A DNA stretch of 64,000 nt. Source: an uncultured Actinomycetes bacterium. Its GTDB lineage: Bacteria; Actinomycetota; Thermoleophilia; RBG-16-64-13. Positions 57,992 through 64,000 of the stretch are shown here, piece after piece. The notes beneath the pieces were generated by a model. That model was not told where the DNA came from, did not search any database, and was given only the letters and a program-made list of their open reading frames with translations. The translations under genes were made by a program, and so were the position numbers. The stretch spans positions 96,001 to 160,000 of the forward strand of contig CAVPLM010000008.1 in assembly GCA_963706025.1 (NCBI GenBank), read 5' to 3'. The first letter of the stretch is position 1; every line of letters begins with the position of its first letter.

Positions 57992-58375
57992 CTACGGCAG
58001 GAGCACCTCCGCCTCGATCTCCAGAAGCCACTCCGGCAGCACGAGCCTCGAGATCTGGAGAGTAGTGCTGGGCACAGGGCTGGTGAAGTGCGCCTTCCGA
58101 AAGGCGGCGATCGTCGAGTAGTGGGCATCGATGTCGGTAGAGTAGACGTGCAGTTTCACAATATCGTCGAATCCGGCCCCGATCGATTCCAGAGCTCTCC
58201 TCAAGTTTTCGAAGACCTGGCGAGTCTGGGCTTCGATATCTCCCTCTCCGACAGTGTTCCCGTTCTCATCCACCGAGACCTGACCGGCGATCCATGCTTG
58301 TTTGCCGGATTTCAGCACCTGAGCATACCGAGGCCGGGGGTCCCAGAGCCCCTCCGGCTGAATCAACTCGCGCAC
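57992..58375 (-). CDS. RidA/YjgF family protein
   Basis: YAQ..IAGQV..QTRQVFENL..P.ST..L..PEWLLEIEA. Confidence 0.92.
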   Translation of the reverse strand: MRELIQPEGLWDPRPRYAQVLKSGKQAWIAGQVSVDENGNTVGEGDIEAQTRQVFENLRRALESIGAGFDDIVKLHVYSTDIDAHYSTIAAFRKAHFTSPVPSTTLQISRLVLPEWLLEIEAEVLLP

Positions 58376-58569
58376 CCACCTCTCCCTTCGAGCTCGTTGG
58401 CAGGACCTTGCGTTTGCGGGAAGCCGTGCCTTCCCTTTCCACTCTAGCGCATACCCGGTTTCGCCATTCCCGCTGTGATATCGTCCGGGATGCCATCCCA
58501 GGCCTCATCGACGCCCCGTGAGCGTGGCAGTGCGGCGGCAAGCCAACGTGTCAAAGCGGAGAAGATTGC

Positions 58570-59730
58570 ATGAATCTCTACGAGTTCGAGGGAAAAGCTC
58601 TTCTGAGGCGGGCAGGCGTGGCCACCCCACGAGGAATCTTCGCCGGCGATCCTGACGAAGCGCGGGCCGCTGGGCACACCATCGGGTATCCCTGCGTGGT
58701 GAAGAGTCAGGTCCTGATCGGGGGACGGGGAAAGGCCGGCGGGATCGCGGTGGTGGAGACCGCCGGGCAGCTCGAGACGGAGGCCGCCCGCATCCGAGCA
58801 CTCGCCATCCGGGGCGAGTCCCCGGTCGGTCTTCTGGTGGAGGAGCGGGTACCGCCGGGTCGGGAGATGTACGTCTCGGTGGTTTTCGATATGTCGGCCG
58901 GCTCGCCCGTGCTCCTCTTCTCCCCGTTTGGAGGGATGGACGTGGAGGCCAACAGTGAGCAGCTCCTACGCATGCCGGTGGCAGTCGACCAACTCGCAAA
59001 GGTGACGCCCGAGTGGGTCACAGCCCGTCTGGAGGCTCGACTCGCGGTTGAATACGCCGGCCGGCTGGGCAAACCCCTGCTGGCCGAGATCGGCGCACTT
59101 CTCGCGAACCTGCTCAAGACCGCCCTTGAGAACGACCTGGAGCTTATCGAGATCAACCCGTTGATAGCCACCGCCGGGGGGCTCGTTGCAGCCGACGCCA
59201 AGGTGACCATCGACGACGATGCCCTGTTCCGGCAGCAGGATCTGGTCTTGGTCGAACGTCCCCCTCTGGGTGAATTGGAAGCCCGAGCCAAGGCGGCCTC
59301 ACTGAACTTCGTGGACTTGGACGGGGAGATATGCCTGATGGCCAATGGAGCAGGCCTGAACATGTCTCTGCTCGATGCGGTCGGTCGACTCGGGTCCAGT
59401 CCTGCCAACTTCCTCGATACGGGGGGCGGAGCCAGCACGGAGAAGGCATACCAAGGGATGCGCATCCTCCAGGACCGAGGCCTGCGTGATCCCAAGGTCC
59501 GCGCCCATCTGCTGATGCTGAGTCTCGCGATCACCCGGGCCCGGGAGGCGGCTCGTGGCATCATACGAGCCGTGCAGGAGATCCCTGACGATCCGGTAGG
59601 CACGATCGCAGTGGTCCACGGCACCGGGGCCGAAGAGGGCGCCCGCCTGCTGGAAGAAGCGGGCATACGGGTGGCTCCCGACATCAAGACCGCGGTCGAG
59701 TTGGCCGTAGCTTCGCAGAGGAGGCGGTGA
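58570..59730 (+). CDS. sucC: Succinyl-CoA synthetase beta-like (ATP-grasp), divergent
   Basis: MNLYEFEGK, GGRGKAGG, EINPL, DAK, NGAGL, ANFLD; NIFGGI motif absent. Confidence 0.8.
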   Translation: MNLYEFEGKALLRRAGVATPRGIFAGDPDEARAAGHTIGYPCVVKSQVLIGGRGKAGGIAVVETAGQLETEAARIRALAIRGESPVGLLVEERVPPGREMYVSVVFDMSAGSPVLLFSPFGGMDVEANSEQLLRMPVAVDQLAKVTPEWVTARLEARLAVEYAGRLGKPLLAEIGALLANLLKTALENDLELIEINPLIATAGGLVAADAKVTIDDDALFRQQDLVLVERPPLGELEARAKAASLNFVDLDGEICLMANGAGLNMSLLDAVGRLGSSPANFLDTGGGASTEKAYQGMRILQDRGLRDPKVRAHLLMLSLAITRAREAARGIIRAVQEIPDDPVGTIAVVHGTGAEEGARLLEEAGIRVAPDIKTAVELAVASQRRR

Positions 59731-59733
59731 GCC

Positions 59734-60642
59734 ATGGGTTTCTTGTGTGACCACACCACCCGCGTGCTCGTCCAAGGGATCACCGGCAACTTCGGGAGGA
59801 CGCAGACACGCCTCATGCTGGATTACGGCACGCAGATCGTTGCAGGTGTGACCCCCGGCAAAGCCGGCGAGACGGCCGAGGGCGTGCCCGTCTTCGACAC
59901 TGTGGCCGATGCGATAGCCGGAGCCGGTCCCATCGATGCCGGCGTCGTCTACGTTCCGGCCCGCTTTGCTAGGTCGGCGATAGAGGAGGCGGTGGAAGCG
60001 GGCATTCCGCTGGTCGCGGTGATCACAGAAGGCGTGCCGCTCTACGACGAGATGTACGCGTGTGATCTTGCCCGGAAGCGAGACGTGTGGCTCATCGGTC
60101 CCAACTGTCCCGGCATCTTGGTCCCGGGCGAGACCAGCCTGGGCATGATCCCTCCCAGCTCGACCTCGGTTGGCAACATCGCGGTGATCAGCCGGAGTGG
60201 GACCCTCACCTTTGAGATCACCAAAGTCTTGTCCGATGCCGGACTCGGCCAGTCGGTGTGCGTCGGCATCGGTGGCGACCGGGTCATCGGCCGTGATTTC
60301 GCCGACTACCTGCGCCTGGCGGAGCGAGACGAGGCCACTCGGGTGATCGTCCTCGTGGGTGAGATAGGGGGCGACGCCGAGGAGAAAGCTGCCGAGGTCA
60401 TCGCCGGCGAGATCCGGAAACCGATCGTGGGCCTACTCGTGGGTAGACATGCCCCCGTTGGCAAGCGCATGGGACATGCCGGCGCCATGATCTCCGGGGG
60501 CAAGGGCACCATCGCGAGCAAAGAGGCGGCTCTTTCCGCAGCGGGGGTCCACCTGGTCGACTATCTCTGGGAACTCCCCGACGCGATCCACGCCTTGGGG
60601 GCGATTGGGTCCACGCGCGGAAGCCCGCGAGATCTCCGGTAG
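59734..60642 (+). CDS. sucD: Succinyl-CoA synthetase alpha
   Basis: VQGITG, GPNCPG, SRSGTLT, GIGGD, GEIGG, MGHAGA. Confidence 0.93.
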   Translation: MGFLCDHTTRVLVQGITGNFGRTQTRLMLDYGTQIVAGVTPGKAGETAEGVPVFDTVADAIAGAGPIDAGVVYVPARFARSAIEEAVEAGIPLVAVITEGVPLYDEMYACDLARKRDVWLIGPNCPGILVPGETSLGMIPPSSTSVGNIAVISRSGTLTFEITKVLSDAGLGQSVCVGIGGDRVIGRDFADYLRLAERDEATRVIVLVGEIGGDAEEKAAEVIAGEIRKPIVGLLVGRHAPVGKRMGHAGAMISGGKGTIASKEAALSAAGVHLVDYLWELPDAIHALGAIGSTRGSPRDLR

Positions 60643-60660
60643 CGCCCTTGGAGCTCGTTC

Positions 60661-61986
60661 TTAAGGCTCCACCAGCTTCAGCCCCAGCCTCAGTCCCTCC
60701 ACGTTGGTGGCGGCGGCTTTCTCGTCCTGAAGACGCCGTGAGGCCTCGACGAAGGCTTCGGGCGGATAGAGATCCTCCGCACTGAGGACCGCGCCCACAC
60801 CCACGGCGGCCAAGGCCAGGTGATGCACGCTCTTGGCCGTCTCTTGGAAGGGCAGGTACGTGACCTGAGCGCGGGTGCTCACCGTGCCCAGCTTCTCTTC
60901 GACGAACAACCGGGTGGTCGGCGGGAAACCGGCCAGCTTCCTCTCCAGGTAGCTGAGGCCGTCCCGGGAGAGGATGAGGCCGATGTCCGGGACGTCGACC
61001 CCCGTGTAGAGGATGGGATCGGGGGACACTATGACCTCCGCCACCGAGTAGCCCGTCCTCACCGTCACCGGGTAGTCGTCCTTCTGGGTGGCCTGCAGCC
61101 CGCTCAGTATGGCGCCGGCGCCGAGCACGGTCGCAGCCGAGCGAATCTTGAGGCCGGCTGATCCGCAGATGAGGATCCCGCGCCGCTCCTTGAGGGAGCT
61201 CCGGACTACCGGGTCCAATCCCACCCCGGGGGCAGGCTTCGCGATCTGGGCGCCGCGGCTCTGCTCCCGGTAGGCCCAGCTGAACTCGGGCCGGCCGTCC
61301 CGGCGCACGACCCCGGGCGGCATCTCCAGCTCCTCCATCATCCGAGCCATGGTCTCCCGGTTCAGGGGATGGCGACGGGCGAAGTAGGCGACACACACAT
61401 CCCAGATATCGACCAGGGCGAAGCCCTCGGTCGCCACGGCTTCGGCCACGACCTCCGCCGCGTCGTCGGACACCACGCTGGTGCGGGCCAGGAACGAGGG
61501 GCGGGCCGGGCGAAGAGTCTCGACGATGTCCAGAGGTATCTCGACGTTCCCCCATGGTGTGGAGGAGGTGACCATGCCCACGGGCGTGGTCACCGACTGC
61601 TGCCCCCCGGTCATGCCGTAGTTGAAGTTGTTCGCGACGATGACGGTGATGCCGATATTGCGGCGGGCGGCTGCCAGCAGGTGCCCGCCGCCGATCCCCA
61701 TGCCCCCGTCGCCCATCAGCACGATGACCTTCAGGGCGGGATTGGCCAGTTTGATGCCCGAGGCGTAGGTGATGGACCGCCCGTGCAGCCCGTGAAAGGC
61801 GTTCGTCCTGAAGCTCTTGTCCACCATGCCGATGCAGCCGATGTCGGTGACCAGCACCACCTGCTCGGGGGCGTAGCCCAGGGCCTGCAAGGCTCGGTCC
61901 AGGTAGCCGGCGATCTTGCCGTGGCCGCAGCCGGGGCAGAAGGTGGTCGGCAGGGTGTCGGGGCGGAAATACCCGCTTTCCGTCAT
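60661..61986 (-). CDS. 2-oxoacid:ferredoxin oxidoreductase beta-gamma fusion
   Basis: FCPGCGHG, DIGC, HGR, GDG..NN..YGMTGGQ, followed by a gamma-type domain. Confidence 0.9.
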   Translation of the reverse strand: MTESGYFRPDTLPTTFCPGCGHGKIAGYLDRALQALGYAPEQVVLVTDIGCIGMVDKSFRTNAFHGLHGRSITYASGIKLANPALKVIVLMGDGGMGIGGGHLLAAARRNIGITVIVANNFNYGMTGGQQSVTTPVGMVTSSTPWGNVEIPLDIVETLRPARPSFLARTSVVSDDAAEVVAEAVATEGFALVDIWDVCVAYFARRHPLNRETMARMMEELEMPPGVVRRDGRPEFSWAYREQSRGAQIAKPAPGVGLDPVVRSSLKERRGILICGSAGLKIRSAATVLGAGAILSGLQATQKDDYPVTVRTGYSVAEVIVSPDPILYTGVDVPDIGLILSRDGLSYLERKLAGFPPTTRLFVEEKLGTVSTRAQVTYLPFQETAKSVHHLALAAVGVGAVLSAEDLYPPEAFVEASRRLQDEKAAATNVEGLRLGLKLVEP

Positions 61987-63116
61987 AGCAGCCCCCCTCC
62001 TTCGAGTATCTCTGCAGGGGTCACAAGATCGGTGTTCATCTTGCTTACCGGGACCACCGCCAGCGGGGCTGCCAGCTTTCGCACCTCTTCCACATATTGG
62101 CCCAGGTTCATTTCCGGGACCAGCACCCGTCCATCCGCGGAAAGCGTCCCCAGGGCCTCCTCGATGGCGTGCTCCGGGACCGGGTAGAGGGTCTTGAGGA
62201 CCAGCAGGCTCACCCGCCGCCCCGCCTTTCTGGCCAAGGCCGCCGCCTCCCGCGCGGAACGAGCGGTCACGCCGTACGCCACGATGAGGGTATCGGCGCC
62301 TTCCTGGAGATCGAACTCGTAGCGGGCGAGGGGGGGTGCATAGTCGATGATCTTCCGTTGGAGGTGCTCCATCATCTCGGCGATGATGTGCGGGTCCTTG
62401 GTCAGGAACCCGGCCTGGTCGTGCATGCTCGTGGTGTAGCGCACCACGTGCGGGCCCCCAAGCGGGCTGAAAAGAGGCACATCGGCCGGTCGCTGGAACC
62501 CATGGGGAACGAAGCTCTGGTCGTCTGGGGCGAGGGTCCGCGACACCAGCGGTGGTGCCTCGCGCCGCACTTCCTCCAGGTCGATGCGCTCCCTGAGAAG
62601 GCCGATCTCCTTCTGGGAAGCCAGTATGACCGGAGTCCTGAACCGCTCCGCAAGGTTGAAGGCTTCGATGGTGAGGACATAGCATTCCTTCACGTTCTCG
62701 GGCGACAGCACGAACAGTGGCAGCCCCCCGGACGTGCCCCAGCGGAGGAATTGGATGTCCCCGTCGGCCCCTTGGGTGGCAGACCCGGTAGCAGGACCCT
62801 GGCGCTGTACATCCACGATCACGATCGGGGTCTCACCCATGATGGCGAGCCCGATGTTCTCGGAATACAGGCTCATCCCGGGCCCCGAGGTAGCGGTCAT
62901 GACCTTGAGACCGGCCATGGCCGCCCCGATGCACATCCCGATGGAGGCAAGCTCGTCTTCGGCTTGAACGGCTACGCCGCCCACTCTGGGGAGCTCCCGG
63001 GCCAGGCCGGTGAGGATAGAGGTGGCCGGGGTGATCGGGTAGCCGGCGAAGAACCGGCAGCCCGCATCGACCGCCGCCCGAACCACCGCGTCGTTGCCTT
63101 CAAGGAACTCGATCAT
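61983..63116 (-). CDS. 2-oxoacid:ferredoxin oxidoreductase alpha subunit
   Basis: GNDA, FAGYPITP, QAEDE, ATSGPG, QR.GP.TG, EMNLGQ. Confidence 0.93.
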   Translation of the reverse strand: MIEFLEGNDAVVRAAVDAGCRFFAGYPITPATSILTGLARELPRVGGVAVQAEDELASIGMCIGAAMAGLKVMTATSGPGMSLYSENIGLAIMGETPIVIVDVQRQGPATGSATQGADGDIQFLRWGTSGGLPLFVLSPENVKECYVLTIEAFNLAERFRTPVILASQKEIGLLRERIDLEEVRREAPPLVSRTLAPDDQSFVPHGFQRPADVPLFSPLGGPHVVRYTTSMHDQAGFLTKDPHIIAEMMEHLQRKIIDYAPPLARYEFDLQEGADTLIVAYGVTARSAREAAALARKAGRRVSLLVLKTLYPVPEHAIEEALGTLSADGRVLVPEMNLGQYVEEVRKLAAPLAVVPVSKMNTDLVTPAEILEGGGLL

Positions 63117-63385
63117 ACCGCGGCTCTTGGTGTGCAACTCGTCAAGATCTCGGGGCTGCTGTCGTGAATCCCGGCCCGGTACGGATCGATCCTTCTATCC
63201 ATCCCTGTCCCTTCGATTGCATTCTGGGGGCAGGATAACAGACTCGCCCGTCTCCCCTGGTCAGCAATGCAGCCCGGGGTCACCGCGCGCAGGATTGTAC
63301 TACAGAGCCTCTGTGTCGACCGTCAGCCGCAGGCCCCGCGACCCGGGGCATCGATCCCGTCCTCAGTGCACGTGTGAGGCGACTC

Positions 63386-63712
63386 TTACCAGCGGTTGCC
63401 GCTGTTGTAGCCGCTGCTGCCGCCGCCGTAGCCACCGCCGGAGCGAGGGGCACGGGGCACCTGTTCTTTGGCCACATCGACCTTGAGGGCGCGACCGTCG
63501 AGCTGGGTGCCGTCCAGGGCGCCCTTGGCCTTCTGGGCTTCATCGGCCGAGCCCATCTCCACAAAACCGAAGCCCTTGGGGCGTCCGGAATCGCGATCGG
63601 TGATGAGATTGACCGAGGTCACCTCGCCGTGAGCTTCGAAAGCCGTCCTGATGCTGGCTTCGGAGGTCTCATAACTGAGATTGCCCACGTACAGTTTTGC
63701 TGAATTTACCAC
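63386..63712 (-). CDS. RRM-domain RNA-binding protein
   Basis: LYVGNL (RNP2), KGFGFVEM (RNP1), Gly-rich tail. Confidence 0.95.
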   Translation of the reverse strand: MVNSAKLYVGNLSYETSEASIRTAFEAHGEVTSVNLITDRDSGRPKGFGFVEMGSADEAQKAKGALDGTQLDGRALKVDVAKEQVPRAPRSGGGYGGGSSGYNSGNRW

Positions 63713-64000
63713 TACAGCCTCCATGAACGGAGTTACATTGCGACAAACGAGAGGGAAAGACTGGAGACTGGGCGAGGAGGTTCTGAAGCTCGGCGCTGCG
63801 CCTGGAGAAGATTCCTGTCGAATGCTTGACGGCAGCATAGCACAATGCCCAACGCCCGGCTGCGGAGGCGAGCGAGGGTGGCGGGCCGAGACGATCCCCT
63901 TACCCGTGCGTCTCACTGCAGAAGCACGTGCGTGATAAAGTGACTGCTCAGAAGGCATGTCATCCGTGCTTTCGCGAGCCAGCCGTCTTCTGCCACTTTC

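Noticed and set aside
24339-61555. Long alternative ORFs such as 24339-25751, 28107-29267, 38797-40293 and 60398-61555
   Set aside because: Antisense or shifted-frame shadows of real genes in high-GC DNA, with no motifs.
1-64000. CRISPR array, rRNA, integrase or transposase genes
   Set aside because: No repeat-spacer array, rRNA signature or recombinase motif was seen.

Overview
GC-rich bacterial window, probably from an anaerobe (2-oxoacid:ferredoxin oxidoreductase, ORP/NifB-NifX cluster, many Fe-S proteins). The recurring SLH module and PknB-type kinase suggest a deep-branching actinobacterium, but this is inference. Layout: (1) 1-6.5 kb, an Orange-protein (ORP)-type metal-cluster operon; (2) 6.5-8.4 kb, gene remnants and a MITE; (3) 8.4-19.9 kb, an arsenic island. 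It has three ArsR genes, Acr3 and ArsM but no ArsC/ArsA/ArsD. It also carries a lipoate-protein ligase, a DGC-GcvH lipoyl-carrier fusion, two more DGC proteins, a stand-alone HdrA N-terminal domain, a ferredoxin, four thioredoxin-fold proteins and an AbrB-radical SAM-SPASM enzyme. This is the best candidate for an undescribed system (lipoate-linked arsenic handling); (4) 20-34.6 kb, accessory genes between two tRNA-like 3' remnants; (5) glnS next to tRNA-Gln(CTG), tatA, an acyl-CoA ligase and fabF; (6) a stress-type small-protein island with an inverted duplicated cassette; (7) typA and SLH surface proteins, two of which share a near-identical 656-bp 3' cassette; (8) a PP2C phosphatase, RidA, SucCD-like and OFOR genes, and an RRM protein. 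At least seven genes have single-base frameshifts, most likely long-read errors. All calls come from motif recognition by eye; no searches were run.
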